Shown here piece after piece: positions 9,090 to 18,029 of a stretch of DNA of 24,217 bases. The notes below the pieces were generated by a model, which saw only the letters and a list, made by a program, of their open reading frames with translations, ran no database searches and had not been told where the DNA came from. Positions within the stretch are counted from its first letter, which is position 1, and each line of letters begins with the position of its first letter. The position numbers were made by a program, and so were the translations under genes. The DNA comes from an uncultured Fibrobacterales bacterium (GTDB lineage Bacteria > Fibrobacterota > Fibrobacteria > Fibrobacterales > CAWVXU01): the NCBI GenBank assembly GCA_963934255.1, contig CAWVXU010000037.1, forward strand, positions 1-24,217, in the 5' to 3' direction.

Positions 9090-9878
9090 ATGATGAACTT
9101 CTTGTTAATAAAAAATAGCAAAGCTACACTCAGTCTGTGCGGAATCCTTTTGGTATTTCTCACATCGTGTGCAGCACCTATCACCAGAGAAGGCTCAGAA
9201 GCCCTTCTTCCCGAGATAGATGTCCTTCAAATGAAGGAAAACACTGATGCTGCCCTGAAAATATCCAGACAGACTAAAATGGATGTAGATGCCATGCAAA
9301 CTCGTCTCATTGAAATGGAACGTCGTCAAATGGATCTTGAAAACACCATTCAGACTCTACCAGTTGCACGAATGGAAGAACTTGAGTCTAAAATTATCCT
9401 TTTATCTGAAGAAATCAGATTACTTCAAAGCGAATTTGAAGGTAAGTTATCTTTAAAAACTTTCCAACCGAGTGGGAATAAGCGCACTACAAGAAGCTTA
9501 TCACAACAGCCGGCTATGTATCAAAAGGCTTTAGGACTCTTTAATCATAAAGATTTTATGGGTTCGATTGCCAAATTTCAGAGATTTATCGCTGAAATTC
9601 CATCGAGTGAATATGCCGATGATGCTGTTTTTTGGATAGGCGAATCACACTTTAATTTAGGCGACTACGCTAGAGCCATTGAAGCTTTTCAAAAAGTTTT
9701 CAGCTATATTCGAACAGATAAAGGCGATGATGCTCAATTCAGAATCGGTCTTTGTTACCTTCGTTTAGGCGATAGTTTTCAAGCTGTAGCTGAGTTTAAA
9801 AAATTAAGTGTCATTTACCCTGATTCTGAGTATATTGTCAGAGCTAACACAGAGCTCAGAAAGCTCGGAATTCAGTAA
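9090..9878 (+). CDS. cpoB: Tol-Pal-associated CpoB/YbgF-like lipoprotein (coiled coil + TPR)
   Basis: Lipobox-like LTSC, N-terminal coiled coil, and C-terminal TPRs with PSSEYADDAVFWIGES and KGDDAQFRIG. GGAG precedes the ATGs at 9090/9093. Confidence 0.78.
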   Translation: MMNFLLIKNSKATLSLCGILLVFLTSCAAPITREGSEALLPEIDVLQMKENTDAALKISRQTKMDVDAMQTRLIEMERRQMDLENTIQTLPVARMEELESKIILLSEEIRLLQSEFEGKLSLKTFQPSGNKRTTRSLSQQPAMYQKALGLFNHKDFMGSIAKFQRFIAEIPSSEYADDAVFWIGESHFNLGDYARAIEAFQKVFSYIRTDKGDDAQFRIGLCYLRLGDSFQAVAEFKKLSVIYPDSEYIVRANTELRKLGIQ

Positions 9879-9887
9879 GTACATATA

Positions 9888-10739
9888 ATGTTTAAAAAAT
9901 TATTTCAAAAATCTTTCTCGCAAGGTACCCTTTCATCAGCGGCCTTGTTTTCATTTTTACTTCTTGGATGTGCCGGGGATGACAAATTACAGTCGCGTAC
10001 TGAACAATGTCAAGCCGACTTCAAAGAATCAAAAAAACTCATGCTAGGTGAGGATTACTTTGACGCCAGAGAAGCGCTTCATGGTTTACTTGCTAACTGT
10101 ACCGGCACTGGTTTTATGGAAGAGGGACAGTTCCTCCTTGCTGAGTCCTACTTTTTAGGTGAAGAATGGATTGAAGCATACTCTGAGTATAATATTTTCA
10201 TCAATCACTACCCTTCAAGTCCACAAGCTCCTTTTGCTACATACAAAAAAGGCCTTTCAGCTTGGTCACATGACTATGTACCTGGGCGCGATGAGACTTA
10301 TACTAATGACGCTGTAAAAGCGTTTGACGAATTTGTTAAAGTCTTCCCTGAGCATATTAAAAAAGATAGCGCAGTCTTTTACTTAAACCAATTAAGTGAG
10401 CGCCTTGCTGATAGAGAGATGGCCACCGCGATACTTTATCTTAAGATGAGAGAGCCACAAGCAACCGCTATTTATTTACAACAGTTTATCAAGAACTTCC
10501 CTGACTCTGAAAGATATGGCGAAGCACTTGCTCTTTTAGTAGAATCTTATACTCGACTTGATCAATTTGAGCAAGCAGATACGTATTTGAGTGAAATGGA
10601 TTCCAAACTCAAAGGTCAACCTCTTGCCAATAGGATCAATGGCTTGCGCGAAGAACTGAAAGAAAAACGTGAAAATCACATGGTACTTATAGAAGAAGAA
10701 CGCGCTGACAAATTGAAAAAAATGGAAGAACGTCGTTAA
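9888..10739 (+). CDS. bamD: Outer membrane protein assembly lipoprotein BamD
   Basis: Lipobox LLGC; TPRs with FINHYPSSP, RDETYTNDA...F..FV..FP, LADREM..A..YLK and IKNFPDS. Confidence 0.88.
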   Translation: MFKKLFQKSFSQGTLSSAALFSFLLLGCAGDDKLQSRTEQCQADFKESKKLMLGEDYFDAREALHGLLANCTGTGFMEEGQFLLAESYFLGEEWIEAYSEYNIFINHYPSSPQAPFATYKKGLSAWSHDYVPGRDETYTNDAVKAFDEFVKVFPEHIKKDSAVFYLNQLSERLADREMATAILYLKMREPQATAIYLQQFIKNFPDSERYGEALALLVESYTRLDQFEQADTYLSEMDSKLKGQPLANRINGLREELKEKRENHMVLIEEERADKLKKMEERR

Positions 10740-10897
10740 TGTCTGACCCCCAAGGGCTCCCTAAACGTCCCTGGAAAGGTGTTATATTTCATTGTTGTAG
10801 TGCCTATGGGCGAGTTTATCTCAATCCCAAAACTCACAAATGGGTAGGTAATTGCCCCAAATGCTGTCGGTCTCAAGCAGTCATTCTTAGAAATTAG
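10739..10897 (+). CDS. 52-aa Cys-rich, Zn-ribbon-like small protein (absent from the ORF track)
   Basis: MSDPQGLPKRPWKGVIFHCCSAYGRVYLNPKTHKWVGNCPKCCRSQAVILRN*. Its start overlaps the bamD stop (TAATG) and it stops 5 nt before the next ATG, filling the gap almost exactly. Confidence 0.8.
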   Translation: MSDPQGLPKRPWKGVIFHCCSAYGRVYLNPKTHKWVGNCPKCCRSQAVILRN

Positions 10898-10902
10898 CTT
10901 TT

Positions 10903-11892
10903 ATGAAATTATTGAAAAAAAAACTACAAAACATCTCAACGACAGTCTTAAGTATTGTCGTTTTTCTTTTATCACTCTCAACATCGCTAAGTGCACAATC
11001 ACTACCCTTGGATGGTCTGCCGCTAGATAGGCTTCCGCTAGACAGCTCAATTGCTTTGGACACCTCGCTAGTCGTCGAGTCTCAACTCCCCAATTTGATA
11101 CCAGATTCAACCACTTTGGACTCGATCGCCAAATTACCCGTGAGCTCCTCTAATCAATCAACACCCCCAATTACTGATACAGATAGCCTAGAACGAATTT
11201 ACCAATACGCTTTTTATTTAAAGAGCCAAATTCGATTCATCAACTTGTCTCAAAGAACACTTTTCCAATCTGAATTAAGCGAAGCTGAAACAATCGCCCT
11301 TGAGCAGCAAACCAACGACGAAAGTCGAGCAAAAATCAACGCACAGGATTATCAACAGGTGAATTTGGCATTTCCAATTTTAATGGGCTTTAAATATAGA
11401 CCTACCAAAGTATGGGCCTTAGGAATGGGAATGGGTTACCTTTATCATCAACAAGAGACACTCATGCAGCTAGGCTCCCAAAACCAAGAATGGTCTTATG
11501 CCGTTGAATCCTTCCCTATTTTTCTTGAGGTATCACACTTAATTTCCTCAAATATCATTCAGGTAACTGATGTCAATCAATTTCATATCGGCGCGAGAAT
11601 TTTTGCTCATTATGGTAACAATAGCCTACTATCTCGGGGGAAAGTCGCTATAAGTGAAAAAGAATTTGGATATGATGGATGGGGCGCATTTCTTGGTTAT
11701 GAATATTTTTCATGGAAATATGTGTCAATAAATACTGAGGTTGAATACTCCCAAATGACTATTCAGTCAAAGCTCCCATGGGCTGAATTACTTCCCAAAT
11801 CCCAGCTTGAAAATGAAGCGCTCACACAATGGGATATGGGTGGAATTGCAATAAGTTTCACTTTAGAATGGAATTTTGGCAAACTGCATTAA
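10903..11892 (+). CDS. Exported hypothetical protein, probable outer-membrane beta-barrel with a low-complexity N-terminal linker
   Basis: Signal peptide ending SLSA-Q, a Ser/Thr/Pro/Asp-rich linker, alternating amphipathic strands, and a terminal strand ISFTLEWNF resembling a beta-signal. Confidence 0.6.
   Translation: MKLLKKKLQNISTTVLSIVVFLLSLSTSLSAQSLPLDGLPLDRLPLDSSIALDTSLVVESQLPNLIPDSTTLDSIAKLPVSSSNQSTPPITDTDSLERIYQYAFYLKSQIRFINLSQRTLFQSELSEAETIALEQQTNDESRAKINAQDYQQVNLAFPILMGFKYRPTKVWALGMGMGYLYHQQETLMQLGSQNQEWSYAVESFPIFLEVSHLISSNIIQVTDVNQFHIGARIFAHYGNNSLLSRGKVAISEKEFGYDGWGAFLGYEYFSWKYVSINTEVEYSQMTIQSKLPWAELLPKSQLENEALTQWDMGGIAISFTLEWNFGKLH
11002..11046 (+). repeat. Three degenerate 15-nt coding repeats (LPLDx)3
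   Basis: ctacccttggatggt / ctgccgctagatagg / cttccgctagacagc encode LPLDG-LPLDR-LPLDS. Confidence 0.75.
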
Positions 11893-11952
11893 ACCTGCCA
11901 TTTTTTTTCTAAATTTGAGTTCAAATCCAACCCTTTTTAAATCCAAATTGGA

Positions 11953-12849
11953 ATGAAAATGACCTTAAAAATTAAAGCCCAAGTTGAAATGCCTGATGTC
12001 AAACTATTTGCACAAGGCAAAGTCCGTGAAATGTATGACCTTGGCGATACTTTCCTTATGGTCGCTTCTGACCGCATCTCTGCATTTGACGTTATTTTAC
12101 CATCGACACTGCCTGGTAAAGGTAAAGTTCTTAACCAACTTTCTGTCTTTTGGTTCAAAGAACTAGGCATGCATTCGCACTTCATTACCGATCAAGTCGA
12201 TGAAATGCCTGAAGTACTTCACAAATATAAAGAAGGTCTTCAAGGTCGTTCGATGTTGGTCAAAAAAGCTGACCGCTATGACATCGAGTGCGTAGCTCGT
12301 GGATACCTTGTCGGCTCAGGCTGGAAAGATTACAAAGAGACTGGTGCTGTGTGTGGTCACACACTGCCTGAAGGCTTTAAACTTTGTGGTAAAATTGAAC
12401 CGGCAATCTTCACTCCAGCAGCTAAATTTGATGAAGGTCATGATGAAAATATCGACTTTGACAAAATGGTAACTATTGTTGGTCAAGAAGTCTCTGAAGA
12501 ATTACGTACTCTTACTCTTGATATTTTTGAACGCGCTCGTGAATTTGCAGCCACCAAAGGAATCATCCTTGCTGACACCAAATTTGAATACGGTAAAATT
12601 GATGGTAAAATCGCTATTATTGATGAAGTGTTGACTCCAGATTCAAGCCGCTATTGGCCTGGTGACAAATACGAAGAAGGCAAAAATCAGGAGTCTTTTG
12701 ATAAACAGATTATCCGTGACTACCTAGAAACATTGGATTGGGACAAAACCTACCCAGGTCCTGTGCTTCCTGATGATGTGATCGCTAAGTCACTCGCCAA
12801 ATACATTGAAATATACGAACTACTTACTGGTGAAAAGCCAGTACTTTAA
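11953..12849 (+). CDS. purC: SAICAR synthetase
   Basis: GKVREMY, SDRISAFDV, ECVARGYLVGSGW, ADTKFEYG, DEVLTPDSSRYW and DKQIIRDYL. Confidence 0.97.
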   Translation: MKMTLKIKAQVEMPDVKLFAQGKVREMYDLGDTFLMVASDRISAFDVILPSTLPGKGKVLNQLSVFWFKELGMHSHFITDQVDEMPEVLHKYKEGLQGRSMLVKKADRYDIECVARGYLVGSGWKDYKETGAVCGHTLPEGFKLCGKIEPAIFTPAAKFDEGHDENIDFDKMVTIVGQEVSEELRTLTLDIFERAREFAATKGIILADTKFEYGKIDGKIAIIDEVLTPDSSRYWPGDKYEEGKNQESFDKQIIRDYLETLDWDKTYPGPVLPDDVIAKSLAKYIEIYELLTGEKPVL

Positions 12850-12872
12850 ACTTAAGAGTTGAAGGATAATTT

Positions 12873-14312
12873 ATGTCTATTTTATGGTTAAATCCAGTTG
12901 ACACATCAGGGGTTGAAGATTTCGCTCAAGCGGTTAAAGCTTGTGGTTGGTCAATCCAAGGGAGTCCAGCTGCTAAAAGTGCAATGTCTTCACTTGATAT
13001 TGAAGTGACAAGTGGTACAGAGGCTGATATTAAGATTGTGAACCTATTTGGCCACAAAGCCAAGCTTGAAATCTCATCACTTGAGTCTCTTGATAACGAA
13101 CGCGCTGTTGATATTCGCTTAAATGCAGCCAAAACATTAGTGTCTTCAATTTATTACAAAGTAGCCCTAGAAGAAATACAAAAAGACGGCAAGCTGTCTT
13201 CTGAGTATTCGAACAAAACCGCGCTTCGCGCAATTCGTCATTTGGCATACTTTGATACCAAATTAGATGAGGCGCTTTCACCTGAAATTTTAAATGAAGA
13301 GGTTCTTTACCTAAATTTTGGCAAAGGCACTAGCCTTCGTTATGGTGAAAACTCCCATCAAGATGCGACCTTCTTCTCAGAACATTGTGCTAGTGAAAGT
13401 TCTCTGGCCAACGCCAAACAACTTTGGGGCAAAGAGCTTTCTTTCAACAACATTGTTGATGCAGATGCGGCTCTTGAAATGACACGTGAATTCGCCGGAA
13501 GCCACGCAGTCTCAATTATTAAGCATTTAAACCCCTGTGGACTTGCAACAGGTGCAACTCTTGACGAAGCTTTTGAAGCGGCATGGGATGGTGACCCTGT
13601 CTCAGCATTTGGATCAGTCATCGCCTGTTCATCTAAAGTTGACTTAGCCACAGCTGAGCGCCTCAAAGGTCGTTTTGTTGAGATTTTACTTGCTCCAGGT
13701 TTTGACCCTGAAGCCCTTGAACTACTTAGCTCACGCTCCAAAAACATTCGTATTCTAGAAATTAAGTCTGTTGAAAAGGCCAAAGCTCGTAAGGTATACA
13801 AACATGTGATTGGTGGACTACTTGTTCAAGACCGTGATGTTGAAAGTATCGAAAAATGGGAATGCGTGACTAAGACTCCATTTCCTGAGAACAAAGCCAA
13901 ACTAGCCAACTTCACTTGGCTCGTTACCAAACACACCAAATCAAATGCGATCGTGATGTGCCAAGAATACAATCCTGGCTATTATAAAATATTAGGTCTA
14001 GGGCCGGGACAACCCAACCGTATAGATTCCAATCTTCGTTTATGCCAACCTCGTGTTCGAGATAACATGGCGCGGATGGATCGCCCTGAAGGTGTCAAAG
14101 CTGAAGTCTTTGAAAAACAAGTTTTTGGTGAGCTCGTCATGGGTTCTGATGCATTCTTCCCATTTGCAGACAATATTGAATCCGCTCACGCAGCTGGTCT
14201 CAAATATATCGTTCAGCCAGGAGGCTCAATGCGAGATGATGAAGTCATAGCCAAATGTGATGAACTTGGTGTATCGATGATTTGCACTGGTATGAGACAT
14301 TTCCGCCACTAA
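12873..14312 (+). CDS. purH: PurH homologue with an intact AICAR transformylase domain and a degenerate IMP cyclohydrolase (MGS-like) domain
   Basis: C-terminal motifs [44 protein letters not shown] and RHFRH are present. The N-terminal ~140 aa lack STGGT, GRVKTLHP and IDIGG. Confidence 0.92.
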   Translation: MSILWLNPVDTSGVEDFAQAVKACGWSIQGSPAAKSAMSSLDIEVTSGTEADIKIVNLFGHKAKLEISSLESLDNERAVDIRLNAAKTLVSSIYYKVALEEIQKDGKLSSEYSNKTALRAIRHLAYFDTKLDEALSPEILNEEVLYLNFGKGTSLRYGENSHQDATFFSEHCASESSLANAKQLWGKELSFNNIVDADAALEMTREFAGSHAVSIIKHLNPCGLATGATLDEAFEAAWDGDPVSAFGSVIACSSKVDLATAERLKGRFVEILLAPGFDPEALELLSSRSKNIRILEIKSVEKAKARKVYKHVIGGLLVQDRDVESIEKWECVTKTPFPENKAKLANFTWLVTKHTKSNAIVMCQEYNPGYYKILGLGPGQPNRIDSNLRLCQPRVRDNMARMDRPEGVKAEVFEKQVFGELVMGSDAFFPFADNIESAHAAGLKYIVQPGGSMRDDEVIAKCDELGVSMICTGMRHFRH

Positions 14313-14776
14313 TGGTTAATTCAATAATATTATCACAATCCCAAAGGAGGAAGTGGTTTCGCATTTCCTCCAATTGGTTCAGCGAGTTCATGGAACTCAA
14401 GCCCTCGCAACGAATCAAAATACTCAAGCCATCTCTTGAGAAGTTGATAAGCCAACTAGAAGTCCAAGGATTTGATTCTAAAGTTTGTTCTGGGTTAAGC
14501 TTATGGGTGATAGAAAATCTTGAAAATAGCAGCAAATTTTCTTGGCAAACCAAGGCCGTTAGAATACTGCACCCAATGGAGCGTGAGTTCATCACACCTG
14601 AAGCTTATGGTCTATTTCTTCAAGTTTTAAGATCAGGAATTGTGGAAGCTAAAGACTCAGAAAATCTTCTAGAAGACATTGCGGCCAAATATCCTCTCCC
14701 CATCGAGATAGATATACTTGAAATACAACTCTCTGAGTTCTGGCTCAAAAAAATCGGAAAATACACTCCTCAATAA
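14312..14776 (+). CDS. smg: Smg / DUF494 family protein
   Basis: VRILHPMEREFITPEAYGLFLQVLRSGIV...ENLLE fits the DUF494 pattern as I recall it. Start moved to ATG 14312 (TAATG overlap with the purH stop). Its position upstream of trmFO is consistent with the dprA-smg-topA-trmFO neighbourhood. Confidence 0.65.
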   Translation: MVNSIILSQSQRRKWFRISSNWFSEFMELKPSQRIKILKPSLEKLISQLEVQGFDSKVCSGLSLWVIENLENSSKFSWQTKAVRILHPMEREFITPEAYGLFLQVLRSGIVEAKDSENLLEDIAAKYPLPIEIDILEIQLSEFWLKKIGKYTPQ

Positions 14777-14784
14777 GGTATTAA

Positions 14785-16143
14785 ATGGAAAAAGTTCACG
14801 TCATTGGTGGTGGCCTGTCAGGGTCTGAAGCTGCATTACAATTAGCAGATAAAGGCTATGAAGTTCATCTTTATGAAATGAGAGATAAAGTTCAAACTCC
14901 TGCCCACAAGACAAATGGCCTAGCTGAACTAGTATGTTCAAATAGTTTCAAAGGACTAGGATATACATCGGCTCATGGACTTTTTAAAAGAGAGTTAAGA
15001 CTTTTAGGTTCTCACCTGATGAATGCCGCACTAGTAGCGAGGGTGGATGCGGGTGAAAGTCTCACTGTGGATCGCGACCTTTTTTCAAATGAAGTGAATA
15101 GACTCATTGCCGAGCGTGACAACATCACACTTCACAATGAAGAAATCACTACAATCCCCGAAGATGAATGGACTTTAGTGGCAGCAGGACCTCTTTGTTC
15201 TCAAGCTCTCACTGAACACTTATTTACCAAAATCGGATCTGATAAACTCAGCTTTTTTGATGCTATTGCACCCGTTGTAGAAGCAGATTCTATTGATTTT
15301 GAACACGCATATTACAAAAACCGTTGGGACAAAGGTGAAACCAAAGATTTCATTAATTGCCCTCTAGATAAAGAAACTTATGCCAAATTCGTTTCACTTT
15401 TAGTCGAAGCTGATCAAGTGGAGCCTAAACCTTTTGAAAAAAAAGAACTTTTTGAAGGCTGTCTTCCTGTAGAGGAAATGGCTAGTCGAGGACCTGAAAC
15501 ACTAAGATTTGGTCCCATGCGGCCAATCGGACTCATGCACCCAGAAACCGGATTAATCCCCTATGGTGTCATCCAACTTCGCGCAGAAAACCACGACAAA
15601 ACACTCTATAACTTAGTTGGGTTTCAGACTCGGTTGAAATGGGGTACTCAAAAAGAAGCTTTCAAGTTAATTCCAGCACTACAAAATGCATCATTTGTCC
15701 GCATGGGCTGTATGCACCGCAATACATTCATTGATACTCCTAAAATCCTCAATCAATATCTTCAAATCCCTAACACTAAAATCTTTTTTGCTGGTCAAAT
15801 TTTAGGTGCGGAGGGATATACTGAAGCTGTAGGAACAGGTCTTTATTCTGCCAGCCAGATTCACTCACTTATACAAACAGGTGAAACGATTGATTATCCT
15901 CGTGAAAGTTGCTTAGGAGCACTTTGTGATTTCTTAACTCAAGCCAATGAAGACTTCCAACCCATGAATTTTAACTTCGGTCTACTTCCAAGACCTGAAG
16001 GTATTCGCAAAAAAATGAAAAAAGAATTTTTGTCTAATCAGGCGCTTAGTGCTATATTACAATGGAATCATGATTTAATCACTCTACATGCTGACCCTTT
16101 AGCCGTCCCAGAAAAAGCAGAGGAAACCAATGAAACTCTTTAA
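14785..16143 (+). CDS. trmFO: Folate/FAD-dependent tRNA (uracil-54, C5)-methyltransferase TrmFO
   Basis: VIGGGLSGSEAA, AELVCSNS, FFDAIAP, FEGCLPVE, NLVGFQTRLKWG, MHRNTFI and FQPMNFNFG. Confidence 0.97.
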   Translation: MEKVHVIGGGLSGSEAALQLADKGYEVHLYEMRDKVQTPAHKTNGLAELVCSNSFKGLGYTSAHGLFKRELRLLGSHLMNAALVARVDAGESLTVDRDLFSNEVNRLIAERDNITLHNEEITTIPEDEWTLVAAGPLCSQALTEHLFTKIGSDKLSFFDAIAPVVEADSIDFEHAYYKNRWDKGETKDFINCPLDKETYAKFVSLLVEADQVEPKPFEKKELFEGCLPVEEMASRGPETLRFGPMRPIGLMHPETGLIPYGVIQLRAENHDKTLYNLVGFQTRLKWGTQKEAFKLIPALQNASFVRMGCMHRNTFIDTPKILNQYLQIPNTKIFFAGQILGAEGYTEAVGTGLYSASQIHSLIQTGETIDYPRESCLGALCDFLTQANEDFQPMNFNFGLLPRPEGIRKKMKKEFLSNQALSAILQWNHDLITLHADPLAVPEKAEETNETL

Positions 16144-16822
16144 ATTCTTTAAATTTTTTAACCTTTTAAAGGTATTAGCCATATTTATACTGAGCATCAA
16201 CTTTTCCTACGGAGCTATTGACTTAGTTGAAGAGGATGAAGATGAGCCTGTTAAACCAAAAGTAGAGATCAACGCTCCAGTTAAAAATGTTGTGCCAAAA
16301 AAAGATGTCCCACAAGTAAAAACATTGAGCGTCAAACCAACTATACCCGCTGTTGATAAATTGCCGGATAAAGTGGTTAATAAAGCTACCGAAGTGCCAA
16401 CAGCGACAAAAGTTTCTGACACATCAAAAGTAGCTGATGATTCACTCGCCGTTTTAGCTACAAATACTACTATAAATACACCTCCTGCTCAGATGTCAGA
16501 CTCATTAATTGTGAGTCAACCGAGCACAAATGTAAATGACTCTCTCATTTCTGATTCTACTGACTCTTCTGATTCTACTGCGCAATCAAATTCAATTCAA
16601 AGTGATTCACTCAGACAACCTCAAACTACAAAAGCAACTATAAGTGAACTTGATATGTTAAAGTCTCAACTTGAAAAGCAACAAAAAGAAATTCTTGCCC
16701 TTCAAAGGCATAAAGAAGAGGAAGAAGATAATGTCAGTTGGAAAAAACGGTTTCTTTGGCAAACACCTCTTGTCGTAGGACTTTTCGTCTTAGGCTTTTT
16801 AATGGGTGGCGGTCACTTTTAA
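16130..16822 (+). CDS. Hypothetical membrane/exported protein (signal peptide, Ser/Thr/Pro/Asp-rich linker, coiled coil, C-terminal TM)
   Basis: AGAGGA SD before the ATG, 14-nt overlap with trmFO, and a terminator directly downstream. No recognisable family. Confidence 0.75.
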   Translation: MKLFKFFKFFNLLKVLAIFILSINFSYGAIDLVEEDEDEPVKPKVEINAPVKNVVPKKDVPQVKTLSVKPTIPAVDKLPDKVVNKATEVPTATKVSDTSKVADDSLAVLATNTTINTPPAQMSDSLIVSQPSTNVNDSLISDSTDSSDSTAQSNSIQSDSLRQPQTTKATISELDMLKSQLEKQQKEILALQRHKEEEEDNVSWKKRFLWQTPLVVGLFVLGFLMGGGHF

Positions 16823-16850
16823 CATCATTTGATAATATTATTCCAAATTT

Positions 16851-16886
16851 AAGGTGTATTCTAATCAGGAATACACCTTTTCTTTT
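16851..16886 (+). terminator. Rho-independent terminator ending the purC...hypothetical operon
   Basis: 11-bp stem AAGGTGTATTC-taatcag-GAATACACCTT followed by TTCTTTT. Confidence 0.85.
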
Positions 16887-16980
16887 CCCACTTCAAAATA
16901 TCTAACTCGTGGTACTTACAACTCACTCTCTTAGTACTAATTTGATTGTCAACCCAGGGGTATATATAACAGAGCAGAAC

Positions 16981-17073
16981 ATAGAATCACCAAGCAATCA
17001 TTGGGATGAATTTTATCAAAGTCGCCAAGAAAATGAATTGGGTTAGTTTGAAAAAAATGCCGTATAAATATCT
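16981..17073 (+). pseudogene. Relic N-terminus of a class I SAM-dependent methyltransferase
   Basis: Translates as IESPSNHWDEFYQSRQENELG*FEKNAV*IS, resembling the HWxxxY...xxSW[YF] N-terminus of that family, with Trp TGG changed to TAG. Begins with ATA where an ATG would be expected. Confidence 0.5.
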
Positions 17074-17132
17074 CAACCCACGCGGAGAAAAACGCCTCTA
17101 TTCATAGGAACTTTTCAAACGAGTTAAATAAA

Positions 17133-18029
17133 TTAGATTGTTTTATAGACTTCCAATAGCTGTTTATAATCACCTATTGGTATCCAGGCAAATTCAGGGC
17201 GATATGAATTCTCATAGTTTACTTCATAATGACAACGACGAAACATCAGTTGAAAAATAATTTTTAACTCTGCTCGCGTGGGATCTCGATCCAAAACCAT
17301 CTTAAAACATCTTATACACCATTCAGTGACAGGTGGCTCACTGAGTATTTCTAAACGACCTTCTGAAAGTTTATCAGCATTTTTAACTGCTAAAGAATTT
17401 TGAACTATTCGCCACGAATAAGATAAACTTCGAATTAGACAAGCATAATCCATCCAACGATTCATTAGTGAAAAGGAGCCTTTCACTGGGAGCCCTTCAA
17501 AATCAAAAATAATTGGCCGTCTTGTGCTCACGAAACCAAATTGGCCTAGATGAAAATCTTCATAAATAAAGCTAGAGTTGATGCCCATGAGGTGAGCACG
17601 GCCTAACACACCACAGCCGACATCTAAAATTTCTGTGTAGAGATTAGAATCAAAAATATTCAATTGTTTGTCTAGTAAATCATCCCAAGCTGAAATAAAT
17701 TCTATTTCATATTTAAACAATATTGTTTTTAATTGCGGATAATCTGAATTAGAAATACGTTCATCAAAGAGATAAAATTCAAAAAAACAATCTTGGCCTG
17801 TCTTGACACTTTGATAAAAAGCAATTTCATTACCCAAAGTTCCATCAATGTTTTCGTCAATTTTCAAAAGATAACCATCGCTTGACTTGAAAAACAAATG
17901 CGTGGAACCTGAATCAAATTCGGTCCAAGTAGCGTCCTCCGATACCGGATTATTCACACATTGGAATTTCAATTCATCATTCCACCACTTCGTGATAAAC
18001 TCAGATGTGAAGTTAATCTTTTTCTCCAT
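17133..18029 (-). CDS. Truncated, divergent maltokinase (Mak/Pep2)-like, APH-fold phosphotransferase
   Basis: YLLKI (beta3 Lys), YEDFHLGQ (cf. HGDxHLGQ), IIFDFEGLP (cf. IDFEGEP), DYACLIRSLSY (cf. DVAGMLRSFDY) and YEVNYENSYRPEFAWIP (cf. YEvxYExxxRPxWxxIP). Confidence 0.7.
   Translation of the reverse strand: MEKKINFTSEFITKWWNDELKFQCVNNPVSEDATWTEFDSGSTHLFFKSSDGYLLKIDENIDGTLGNEIAFYQSVKTGQDCFFEFYLFDERISNSDYPQLKTILFKYEIEFISAWDDLLDKQLNIFDSNLYTEILDVGCGVLGRAHLMGINSSFIYEDFHLGQFGFVSTRRPIIFDFEGLPVKGSFSLMNRWMDYACLIRSLSYSWRIVQNSLAVKNADKLSEGRLEILSEPPVTEWCIRCFKMVLDRDPTRAELKIIFQLMFRRCHYEVNYENSYRPEFAWIPIGDYKQLLEVYKTI

Noticed and set aside
14282..14311. Longer start for the DUF494-like ORF ([10 protein letters not shown]...)
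   Set aside because: It overlaps the conserved purH C-terminus; the TAATG-coupled ATG at 14312 is more plausible.
12926..14595. Several minus-strand ORFs (up to 147 aa) opposite purH/smg
   Set aside because: Explained by codon bias of the sense gene; no recognisable domains.
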